Source: a virus (lineage: Duplodnaviria > Caudoviricetes). From it: a stretch of DNA of 29,169 nt. Shown here in pieces: positions 18,538-25,990 of the stretch. The DNA lies in IMG/VR virus record IMGVR_UViG_3300020043_000889, positions 1 through 29,169 of that record. The stretch is one strand, 5' to 3'. Both the position numbers and the translations under genes were made by a program. The notes beneath the pieces were generated by a model, which was not told the DNA's origin, did not search any database, and was given only the letters and a program-made list of their open reading frames with translations. Each line of letters opens with the position of its first letter. Position 1 is the first letter of the stretch.

Positions 18538-19598
18538 TGGGCTTGGGCGATCAAATCAATGAGGCGTTAGAGGTTGAAAGCAATGGTGAGTTGTTGCGTT
18601 TGCGTAAGCAGCGTGACAGTTATGCGAACCAGAATGTGCGCTTGCAAACGAAACTGGATGAGTTAGAGCGTGCGCTTTCTGTGGTGGATCAGGTTGATGG
18701 GCTGACTGTTCAGCCTCCTATTTGGCTTGCACCAGCGAAACCAAAGACCCATGCAGCAACCCTTGTGGTGATGTTGTCTGATACACACTTTGACGAAGTG
18801 GTGAACCCTGACGAAATGGAAGGGCTGAACGCATACAACCGTGAGATTGCAATGTTGCGTTTGGAGAAGTGGACACAGAATGTGATCAAGATGGCACGCC
18901 ACTATTTATCAGGTGTGAACTATGACGGAGTTGTGTTGATTCTTGGTGGTGACATTTTCAGTGGTGACATTCATGAGGAACTAGCACTGACTAATGAGGA
19001 CACCATGATTGGCTCACTGCTGTTTTGGGCTGAACAGGTATCGGCTGCAGTAGAACTACTGGCAACAGAGTTCAAGAAATGTCATGTGGTTTCGGTAGTT
19101 GGTAATCATGGTCGGACTACACGCAAACCTCGCATGAAGCAGCGTGTGAAAACAAACTTTGACTGGCTGTTAGCAAAGATGGTGGAACGCAGTTTCACTA
19201 AAGATAAACGGGTGACATTCACCATCCCTGAATCGGCTGATGCGCTGGTACAGATCTATGACTATGGGCATCTGATTACGCATGGTGATCAGGTTTCTGG
19301 TGGTGGTGGTATCGGTGGTATCTATCCACCAATTATGAGGATGCGTGCAAGAAAACACGCACGGTACATGGTCACTGGCAAGTCATTCCAAACCTTGTGG
19401 CTTGGTCACTGGCATCAGTACATCAGCACACCTTCAATGGTGGTGAACGGATCACTGAAGGGCTATGACGAATATGCAATGTTGATGGGGTTCGGTCATG
19501 AACCACCACAGCAAGCATTGGGAATCGTCACACCAGAACGCAACCTGACAATCCAAGCACCAGTGTTCTGCATGGATCGCAAGAAGGAAGGCTGGTGA
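18537..19598 (+). CDS. Calcineurin-like metallophosphoesterase with N-terminal coiled coil
   Basis: All five motifs present: SDTH, GGDIFSG, GNHG, HGD, GHWH. Confidence 0.9.
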   Translation: MGLGDQINEALEVESNGELLRLRKQRDSYANQNVRLQTKLDELERALSVVDQVDGLTVQPPIWLAPAKPKTHAATLVVMLSDTHFDEVVNPDEMEGLNAYNREIAMLRLEKWTQNVIKMARHYLSGVNYDGVVLILGGDIFSGDIHEELALTNEDTMIGSLLFWAEQVSAAVELLATEFKKCHVVSVVGNHGRTTRKPRMKQRVKTNFDWLLAKMVERSFTKDKRVTFTIPESADALVQIYDYGHLITHGDQVSGGGGIGGIYPPIMRMRARKHARYMVTGKSFQTLWLGHWHQYISTPSMVVNGSLKGYDEYAMLMGFGHEPPQQALGIVTPERNLTIQAPVFCMDRKKEGW

Positions 19599-19601
19599 AT
19601 C

Positions 19602-19865
19602 ATGGCAACTTTTGTAGAGATCGTTTGGCATGATGCGCACGCAGACACAAACACTTGGATTGAAAAAGATGAGATTGATGGCAACCCATGCGTGGTTGTG
19701 TCATGTGGCATCTTGTTGCCTGACACAAAAGCGGATCACATTGTTCTCTCACAATCGTTAAACAGTTATGACCAATACGATTGTGTGTTGTCTGTTCCTG
19801 TTGCAATGGTGCAGTCAATGCGTGTGTTGGGCAGTGGACTGGATGCGAACGAACATCTAGGGTGA
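19602..19865 (+). CDS. Hypothetical protein with WxDA motif (87 aa)
   Basis: VEIVWHDAH...SCGIL...IVLSQS...SVPVAMV. Last gene of the late arm. Confidence 0.75.
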   Translation: MATFVEIVWHDAHADTNTWIEKDEIDGNPCVVVSCGILLPDTKADHIVLSQSLNSYDQYDCVLSVPVAMVQSMRVLGSGLDANEHLG

Positions 19866-19870
19866 GTTCT

Positions 19871-19901
19871 GTCCTGAGTGTTCTCCTTCTCCGCTCAGGG
19901 C
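19871..19901 (+). ncRNA. Anti-RBS stem-loop 1 (candidate regulatory RNA at the 3' end of the late operon)
   Basis: 10-bp stem GTCCTGAGTG / CGCTCAGGGC with 11-nt loop TTCTCCTTCTC. Confidence 0.55.
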
Positions 19902-19907
19902 TTGGTT

Positions 19908-19944
19908 GAGCAGCCCTGCCCCGTAATACGGGGTGGGGTTGTTC
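19908..19944 (+). terminator. Long GC-rich hairpin closing the late operon
   Basis: 17-bp stem GAGCAGCCCTGCCCCGT / ACGGGGTGGGGTTGTTC. Four G-U pairs favour folding of + strand RNA. No clear U-tract. Confidence 0.65.
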
Positions 19945-19946
19945 CC

Positions 19947-20050
19947 AAACCCAATACCTGTATAGGTTTTAATAACTTGCATTGGGTATGGCTGGCAGGG
20001 CATACTTGATGTATGGGGAAGTACCCCACGCTCAAGAGGAGGGCATTATG
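19947..20050 (+). promoter_or_regulatory. Promoter/leader cassette, copy 1
   Basis: AAACCC-N12-GGTTTT dyad, then TTGCAT(19977)-N18-CATACT(20001), then ATGGGGAAGTACCCCACGCTCAAGAGGAGGGCATTATG. Confidence 0.75.
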
Positions 20051-20368
20051 AAAAAGTCAGTGACTTGTAAGAGGTGTGGTCGCAATGATCTTGCTTGGAG
20101 AGAATCCAAAGCAGGCAAGTGGTATCTCACCTACAACGAAGGTGTTGAGATCAGTGGCGAAACTGGAAGGCATATTAAGACTATTCATCCAGCGCATGAG
20201 TGCTTGGTGCGTGACGGTGAACTTACTGAGAAGCGTTGTGATCTCATATTGCGTGGTCGCATCACAACCACTGATGAGGAAATTGCAGAAGCACAAGCAA
20301 TGGAGAACGCAGCGATTGATGCGTTTGAGGCAAAGAACGGTTACAGACCTTTAAGTTGGGCTTGGTAG
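20048..20368 (+). CDS. Hypothetical Zn-binding early protein (106 aa)
   Basis: Strong RBS before ATG 20048. CKRC...HEC. Confidence 0.75.
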   Translation: MKKSVTCKRCGRNDLAWRESKAGKWYLTYNEGVEISGETGRHIKTIHPAHECLVRDGELTEKRCDLILRGRITTTDEEIAEAQAMENAAIDAFEAKNGYRPLSWAW

Positions 20369-20376
20369 GAGGACTG

Positions 20377-20505
20377 ATGGCTACACATGATGAGAAGGCT
20401 TATCTGCATGATCGGATCAATTCGGTCATGCAGATATTGATTGGGATTGTTCAGGAAATGGAAAAGTGGGAAACCGAAGTGCCAACAGATTTGGGGGATG
20501 AGTGA
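20377..20505 (+). CDS. Small hypothetical protein (42 aa)
   Basis: AGGAGG RBS. MATHDEKAYLHDR...DLGDE. Confidence 0.7.
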   Translation: MATHDEKAYLHDRINSVMQILIGIVQEMEKWETEVPTDLGDE

Positions 20506-20660
20506 TGGCACGCCAGAATGAGCAGCGTTGGTTATGTGGTCAGTGTGGTAATCGGATCACAACATATGTGAAAGTCAGTGAGCCACCAGTTTGCAGCAAG
20601 CATCTGAAGCCTGTGCGCATGGCAGAGACATACAAGATCAAGTGGGGTGAGCAGAAGTAA
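20505..20660 (+). CDS. Small zinc-ribbon protein (51 aa)
   Basis: TGATG coupling. WLCGQCGN...PPVCSKH. Confidence 0.7.
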   Translation: MARQNEQRWLCGQCGNRITTYVKVSEPPVCSKHLKPVRMAETYKIKWGEQK

Positions 20661-20715
20661 CTGTGTAACACCCATTGGTTAGAACTAGATCAAACAACAA
20701 ACAGAGGAGAAGGAA

Positions 20716-21657
20716 ATGCAAGTAATACCGAAAGCCAAACATGGCAGCAAAGAATGGTTGCTGGCACGCTGGAAAGATGAGCAAGGGCGTTGTGTCTTTG
20801 GTGCATCAGACATTCCAGCATTAATGGGTGCAAGCCCATACAAAACCAGAGGAGAATTGTTTGCTGACAAAGTGAACGAACCTGTTGAGCAAGAGGAGAC
20901 TGCTGTGTTTAGGCGTGGCAACCTGCTTGAGAAACCGTTGCTTGAGGAAGCGTCACGCATACTTGGCACAAACATATTCACACCAGAAGTGATCTACCGT
21001 GACGGGCGATTGTCAATCAGCCTTGACGGTGTGGACAATGAACAGCAACCAACTGTTGTTGTTGAGGCTAAGACTTCAACCCGTTACAGCATCTACACAT
21101 CAGATGATTTGCCTGATGAGTGGTGTTGGCAGGGTTGGGCGCAGATGGCTGTTCTGAAAGTGCCTGTGTGGTTCGTTGTGTTGGATCGTGATCAGCGCAT
21201 ATCTGTTGTGGAACTACCAGCGAACCTGAAAGCGATTGATGCACTGCAACTTGAGGCATCAGTGTTTGGTGGTTGGGTTGATGGTGATCCTATGGATGAG
21301 GACATAAACAACTTCAGTGCAACTGACATTGCACGCATCTGGAAGGCAACACCAACCAGTGTGGAACTTCCTGCTAGTGCAGTTGATTGGGCTTTACAAC
21401 TGGAGGAGGCACGGGCTTTGGCAAAGCAGGCTGCTGATCTGGAAAGCAAGGCGAAGGATGCGCTTGCACAAATGTTGTTGGGTAATGAGATTGGCACTGT
21501 TGATGGTGTGCAGTTGGTGACTTGGAAGCAACAGGCTGGCAAAGCGTCACTGGACACTAAGCAGTTGCGTGCAGATCACCCAGAGTTAGTAAGTCAATAT
21601 GAGAAACAGGGCGCACCATTTCGTGTGATGCGTGTAACGAAAGGAAAAACAAAATGA
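20716..21657 (+). CDS. YqaJ-like viral recombination exonuclease
   Basis: EWLLAR...FGASDI, RGNLLE, SLDG, VEAKT, QxxAQM. Confidence 0.92.
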   Translation: MQVIPKAKHGSKEWLLARWKDEQGRCVFGASDIPALMGASPYKTRGELFADKVNEPVEQEETAVFRRGNLLEKPLLEEASRILGTNIFTPEVIYRDGRLSISLDGVDNEQQPTVVVEAKTSTRYSIYTSDDLPDEWCWQGWAQMAVLKVPVWFVVLDRDQRISVVELPANLKAIDALQLEASVFGGWVDGDPMDEDINNFSATDIARIWKATPTSVELPASAVDWALQLEEARALAKQAADLESKAKDALAQMLLGNEIGTVDGVQLVTWKQQAGKASLDTKQLRADHPELVSQYEKQGAPFRVMRVTKGKTK

Positions 21658-22442
21658 GTGAGGAAATAAACACAGTGCTGTTGCGTGCAGTGCTAGATCA
21701 ATACGCAGTACCTGATCCAAAGATTGTGGGAACTATCCCACGCAACGGAATCAATCTGGCGTATGTCAGTCACGCTGATATCACACGCATCTTGATTGAG
21801 GTTGATCCAGCGTGGTCTTGGCAGCCTATGGAATGGGTGAATGGCAGACCTGCAATCAATGTTGAGAATGGCACAGCAACCATGTGGGGAACACTCACAC
21901 TTCTTGGAAAGTCAATGATTGGTGTTGGTTCGGTTCGTGCTGACAAACAAGAATATGAGAAGGAATTGGTCGGAGATTTCTTGCGCAATGCAGCAATGCG
22001 CTTTGGAATTGCGATCAGTTTGTGGTCTAAGCAGGACTGGTCAGACAACACCACGATCATCAGCCTTCCAGCAGCACAAGCGAAGCGTGCAGAGGAAGCG
22101 AAACCTTATGTTGGTAATCATCCTGCAAAGGGTATGCCTTCACCAAAGGTTGTGCGTGAGTTCGTGCAAGACAGCGAACCAACACCTGATGAGGTAGCGG
22201 AGATTGCTGCACAGTTCAATGCCACGATTGTTGAGAACATCACACCAATCACTAAGCCTGTTGCCTCATCTGGTGGCAAGGCAAGCGATAAGCAGAAAGG
22301 TCTGATTAGCAAACTTGCCAAAGAAAAAGTGAATGGTGATTGTGTGCCAATCATGCAGCAGTTGTTTAACAAGTCTGCTGTTGGTGATCTGACCAGCAAA
22401 GAGGCATCAGGTCTGATCAAACATCTGATGGAGTTGCGCTGA
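21654..22442 (+). CDS. Single-strand annealing protein, Rad52/Sak-like
   Basis: YVSHADITRIL...DPAWSW...GDFLRNAAMRFGIAISLW. Paired with the exonuclease. Confidence 0.8.
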   Translation: MSEEINTVLLRAVLDQYAVPDPKIVGTIPRNGINLAYVSHADITRILIEVDPAWSWQPMEWVNGRPAINVENGTATMWGTLTLLGKSMIGVGSVRADKQEYEKELVGDFLRNAAMRFGIAISLWSKQDWSDNTTIISLPAAQAKRAEEAKPYVGNHPAKGMPSPKVVREFVQDSEPTPDEVAEIAAQFNATIVENITPITKPVASSGGKASDKQKGLISKLAKEKVNGDCVPIMQQLFNKSAVGDLTSKEASGLIKHLMELR

Positions 22443-22621
22443 TGACTCAACCTTTTGAGGAAATGGATGCGTACAGAAGCGAGATGATCAAGATCTTTGT
22501 TGATATGGCTTCAGCAGCACGGGATGTTGTTAGGTCTGATGGCACTGATCGTTTGTCGTTAGAGAAACTGCGAACAGCCCTGTACGCATACAACAACTGG
22601 ATTGGTGAGAATGAAGCGTGA
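22442..22621 (+). CDS. Small hypothetical protein (59 aa)
   Basis: TGATG coupling. MTQPFEEMDAYRSEMIKIF...GENEA. Confidence 0.7.
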   Translation: MTQPFEEMDAYRSEMIKIFVDMASAARDVVRSDGTDRLSLEKLRTALYAYNNWIGENEA

Positions 22622-22874
22622 TCATTGGCGAGAGGATGCGTTGTGTGTGGGGCAACCATTAGAGGTGTTCTTTGCTTCGCAAACTCTTGCTGAGGATCGT
22701 TGGGATGCAGCAAAACTGATCTGCAAGAAATGCACAGTGAAACGGCAATGCTTGAAACTGGTGATCAATCTCCCAGAGGATGATGACCGTTGGGGTGTGT
22801 TTGGTGGTTTGTCACCTGCAGATAGGCGTGTGCTTCGTGACGACATAAAGAGAGGATTGAAAGATGCGTTGTAA
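22611..22874 (+). CDS. whiB: WhiB-family Fe-S transcription factor
   Basis: W...ALC-x21-CKKC-x5-C and WGVFGG turn. Confidence 0.95.
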   Translation: MKRDHWREDALCVGQPLEVFFASQTLAEDRWDAAKLICKKCTVKRQCLKLVINLPEDDDRWGVFGGLSPADRRVLRDDIKRGLKDAL

Positions 22875-22935
22875 ATGCACATTCAAACGGATTTTGAACA
22901 TAACAATTTGTGAACAAGAGGATGATGATGAGTAG
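22864..22935 (+). CDS. Possible microprotein (23 aa)
   Basis: GAGAGGA upstream. MRCKCTFKRILNITICEQEDDDE bridges whiB and the HTH gene, overlapping both. Confidence 0.4.
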   Translation: MRCKCTFKRILNITICEQEDDDE

Positions 22936-23164
22936 GAAATATGATGTGCGGACTTTCCCTGCTAGGGAACTGGTAAAGAAGTTTGATCCAAATACCAGCG
23001 TGATAACTATTGCGCAGGCTTTGGAAACTAAGCGTTCAACGGTTTACAAGTGGTTTCAGAATGACACCATGATTACGCAGTGGGCTGCTGATCGGTATGC
23101 GGTGAAGTTGGGTATGCACCCATCGGAAGTGTGGGCTGACTGGTTCGCTCTTGAGGCTGTCTAA
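22928..23164 (+). CDS. HTH DNA-binding protein (Cro/XRE-like)
   Basis: IAQALETKRSTVYKW and ADRYAVKLGMHPSEVW. GAGGA at 22918-22922. Confidence 0.8.
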   Translation: MSRKYDVRTFPARELVKKFDPNTSVITIAQALETKRSTVYKWFQNDTMITQWAADRYAVKLGMHPSEVWADWFALEAV

Positions 23165-23337
23165 TGCCTAAGAAACTTTTCACTGTTGAAAAAATGCTTG
23201 AGCATACAAAGCGGTTATTGTCAGAATATCCTGATGGTCAAATTCCTTATGAAGAGTGCATAATTCCCACACATGATTTCTTTCTAGATTTCTGTGAACG
23301 GCTAGTTGCCTTAGAAAAGAAGGTTCAAGGTGGATGA
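23164..23337 (+). CDS. Small hypothetical protein (57 aa)
   Basis: TAATG coupling. MPKKLFTVEK...EKKVQGG. Confidence 0.6.
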   Translation: MPKKLFTVEKMLEHTKRLLSEYPDGQIPYEECIIPTHDFFLDFCERLVALEKKVQGG

Positions 23338-23821
23338 GCGTAAAGGTGAGTGTCAAGGCAATCAAGAGAAATGCAATCTTGATGGTTGCCCGAAGTTTGG
23401 CACTCTTGGTGTTGCAGGTCGTGATGGAAAACGCAGGGTGAAGGGCTGCAGTGATCCTGCTGCAAGAGGCAAGCGTTCTAGACGCAAGGGATTGAATAAG
23501 CAGCGCACAGCACGCAAGAGGCTTGGTGTTGCACCTTCACACAAGTTTGGTGACGGTAATGAGGAACGCTGGAATGATGCGCTGTTTGCAAACGAAGTGA
23601 AAGCAGGGAAGCAGATACAGCCTGCTGTGAACGCTTGGATGCGCATAGAAGCACAGGTGAAGTCCAATGAGGCTGATTATGGTTCACGCAGGAAACCTGC
23701 ACGGGCTGTGCTGATGCCTGATGATTGGGGAAAGGAAGGGCTTGTGATGATTCGTTTGAGTACTTGGGAGGAACTGGTTGCACCAGCAATGCAAGCGTTC
23801 TATGAGGCTGCAGATGAGTAA
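23330..23821 (+). CDS. Putative PD-(D/E)xK-fold protein (resolvase-like) with Cys-rich N-terminus
   Basis: RGKRSRRKG...NEVKAG...GLVMIRL pattern. The catalytic Asp is unclear. Confidence 0.5.
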   Translation: MDERKGECQGNQEKCNLDGCPKFGTLGVAGRDGKRRVKGCSDPAARGKRSRRKGLNKQRTARKRLGVAPSHKFGDGNEERWNDALFANEVKAGKQIQPAVNAWMRIEAQVKSNEADYGSRRKPARAVLMPDDWGKEGLVMIRLSTWEELVAPAMQAFYEAADE

Positions 23822-24248
23822 GCCGTTTGATGCTGCTCTATATCAAGATGATGATGATGCGAAACTTTTGGTGATGGAATGGTTGAACAGCAGAGGTCAC
23901 AATATTTTGGTGAACCCAGATCAGTATGGGATAGATCTAATCGGATTAGACAGAAGCGATAGATCGTGTGCATGGGAAGTTGAAGTGAAACACAACTGGA
24001 AAGGCTATGAGTTCCCATTTGACACGGTTCACTATTCAGTGAGGAAAAGAAAGTTCGTGCAGCCTGATGTGAAAACATGGTTCATTACTTTGAATCATGA
24101 GCGCACACGGGCTGTGGTGTTTAGTCATAAGCACTTCATGGAAGGAAGGCTTGTGCAGAAATCAACTATTTACACACAAGATGAATGGTTTGTTGAGATC
24201 AGTGTTCGTCACGGTATATTCATTGACTTAGAAAAGGAGGGTGTGTGA
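23814..24248 (+). CDS. PD-(D/E)xK nuclease-fold protein
   Basis: YGIDL...WEVEVK motif. ATG 23814 overlaps the upstream stop. Confidence 0.7.
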   Translation: MSKPFDAALYQDDDDAKLLVMEWLNSRGHNILVNPDQYGIDLIGLDRSDRSCAWEVEVKHNWKGYEFPFDTVHYSVRKRKFVQPDVKTWFITLNHERTRAVVFSHKHFMEGRLVQKSTIYTQDEWFVEISVRHGIFIDLEKEGV

Positions 24249-24664
24249 CACCAGCACAAATTGAGGGAATGGTGGACAGGATCTGTGGCTTGTTTCCAAC
24301 AACACAGATTGGTCGCAACACTGTTAAGAACGCTTGGGTTACAGATCAGTTCTTGTTGGATGCAGATGTTGATGATGCACGCAAAGTGACTGACTGGATC
24401 AAAATCAACAGCGAGAAGTTTCCTCATTCGTTGCGTGAACTGCACAGCATATTTCATAAGGTTTCTGGATTGCATCAAATTAAGAGCGAAATTGAGTGCA
24501 AACTTTGCAAAGGTTTGTTGTGGGATGACGGTATTAGTTATTCATCTGATGGGAAACAATTAACACATCAACCCACAGTGGTTTTTCAAGGTCACACCTA
24601 TAAGGTTGTGCGCCCATGTCCTGCGTGTCGTGGAGAGAATTGGACACCACCAGACAACAGATAG
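24245..24664 (+). CDS. Possible helicase loader/inhibitor-like protein with C-terminal Zn finger
   Basis: Helical N-terminus (GLFP...NAW...EKFP) reminiscent of SPP1 G39P-like domains. CKLC...CPAC. Confidence 0.5.
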   Translation: MTPAQIEGMVDRICGLFPTTQIGRNTVKNAWVTDQFLLDADVDDARKVTDWIKINSEKFPHSLRELHSIFHKVSGLHQIKSEIECKLCKGLLWDDGISYSSDGKQLTHQPTVVFQGHTYKVVRPCPACRGENWTPPDNR

Positions 24665-24671
24665 AAGTTTT

Positions 24672-24970
24672 TACAATCGGCTAGTTGCATGACCCACACT
24701 GTTGCAAGGTGAACGGGTAACACACGGAAAGCGTGGGTAGATTGCGCTGCACTGAATTATGTAAGACGAAATAGTTTGGTCAAAAGCGTGAGGCACTGTG
24801 AGTTGATTTGGTAGTTGGAGTGAGGCATCCCAACGGGAGAGCATTACAACTCTGTCTCTGCTGTGATTCAACAAATATATATATTTCATGTTCAACTGCT
24901 ATGCTTAAGACACACGCCGTAGTGAGGCGAACGACCAGCGCAGATGTTGCGCCGTGACGCTCAGGAGAGC
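24672..24970 (+). other. Structured non-coding region, candidate RNA-primed replication origin
   Basis: TACAAT -10-like box, serial hairpins, GGGAGAGC, AT palindrome at 24873-24886, and three GC hairpins with a pas-like sequence. Confidence 0.5.
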
Positions 24971-25033
24971 AACAGCAAGAAACAAACAAACTTTAGTTCT
25001 ATATCTATATACAAACTTAGAGGAGGGAAAGTG

Positions 25034-25558
25034 ATGGCAAGTTTTATGAGGAAAGTATTAGTAAGTGTGATTGTGGTTCTGGCAGGTTTTGCTGGTGTAG
25101 CGCAAGCGTTGAATGTTGATGAGAAGTCTGGTTCTGTTTATGTAAAGAACAGTTATGTGCCTGATCGTGTGATTGAAGTTCCTTATCCTGTTGCATCTAA
25201 TGCAAAGTGTGGTCAGTGGTGGCAGTTGATGCACGATCTTGGGTGGTCTGACAAAGACATTGCCAAAGGGGATGCAATTATTTTTCGTGAGAGCCGTTGC
25301 AATATTGACAGCGTGAACTCTGCAGATCCAACAACCATTGGCAAGCACAAAGGTTCTTTCGGGTTGTATCAGATCAATCTGTATTGGATTAAGAAAACAC
25401 GCTGGTATCCAAATGGATTCCTGCAAACAAAATTAGAGCGAAATTTAGTACCAACTGACTTGCTGCAGCCTGAAATCAATCTTGCTGCAGCCCTAGAGAT
25501 CATCAAACAGAACAGGGCTGATGGGGGCTGTGGCTGGTCTGCTTGGAGGGCTTGCTAA
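25034..25558 (+). CDS. Secreted lytic transglycosylase (SLT/lysozyme-like)
   Basis: AGAGGAGGG RBS, signal-peptide-like N-terminus, FRESRC (catalytic Glu), GLYQIN, GWSAW. Confidence 0.85.
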   Translation: MASFMRKVLVSVIVVLAGFAGVAQALNVDEKSGSVYVKNSYVPDRVIEVPYPVASNAKCGQWWQLMHDLGWSDKDIAKGDAIIFRESRCNIDSVNSADPTTIGKHKGSFGLYQINLYWIKKTRWYPNGFLQTKLERNLVPTDLLQPEINLAAALEIIKQNRADGGCGWSAWRAC

Positions 25559-25562
25559 CGGG

Positions 25563-25669
25563 AAACCCATGCTGGATATGGGGTTTCTGAATGATTTGCA
25601 ATCAGTCGTGGGATTCCCTATATTTGAGGCATGGGGAAGTACCCCAGTCTCAAGAGGAGGGACATCATG
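25563..25669 (+). promoter_or_regulatory. Promoter/leader cassette, copy 2
   Basis: AAACCC-N12-GGGTTT dyad, then TTGCAA(25596)-N17-TATATT(25619), then ATGGGGAAGTACCCCAGTCTCAAGAGGAGGGACATCATG. Confidence 0.75.
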
Positions 25670-25990
25670 GAAACAAGAGTTGTAAGAGGAATTGAAATCC
25701 AAGTAATCACTGTTGATGAATGGGACACAGTTTCATTGGAACAGAAAGAACAGAACGCAAAGAAGCACAATCGTGCAACACATGGCATTGAACCATGTCA
25801 CCTTTGTGGACAAACGATCAGCGACAAGTCGCTTCCTACATCATGGTATGTACATATGTCCACAAATTGCGAACTTTTGCCAATCGGAATTGAAATCGTT
25901 GAAGGTTCACAGGGATACTTCCCAATCGGCGCATCATGCGCAAAGCGAATCCCAAAGGCGTACAAAACGAAAATGGAGGGAATGTTCTAA
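25667..25990 (+). CDS. Hypothetical early protein (Cys-containing)
   Basis: RBS before ATG 25667, with an in-frame alternative ATG at 25631. PCHLCG...FPIGASCAKR. Confidence 0.75.
   Translation: METRVVRGIEIQVITVDEWDTVSLEQKEQNAKKHNRATHGIEPCHLCGQTISDKSLPTSWYVHMSTNCELLPIGIEIVEGSQGYFPIGASCAKRIPKAYKTKMEGMF

Noticed and set aside
19982-20047. N-terminal part of the 128-aa ORF
   Set aside because: It overlaps the promoter cassette. The RBS supports ATG 20048.
23299-24688. Direct repeat CGGCTAGTTGC at 23299 and 24678
   Set aside because: A single 11-mer pair with one copy in coding sequence is expected by chance.
24944-25033. N-terminal 30 codons of the 204-aa ORF
   Set aside because: The strong RBS at about 25019-25027 and the signal peptide place the start at 25031/25034.
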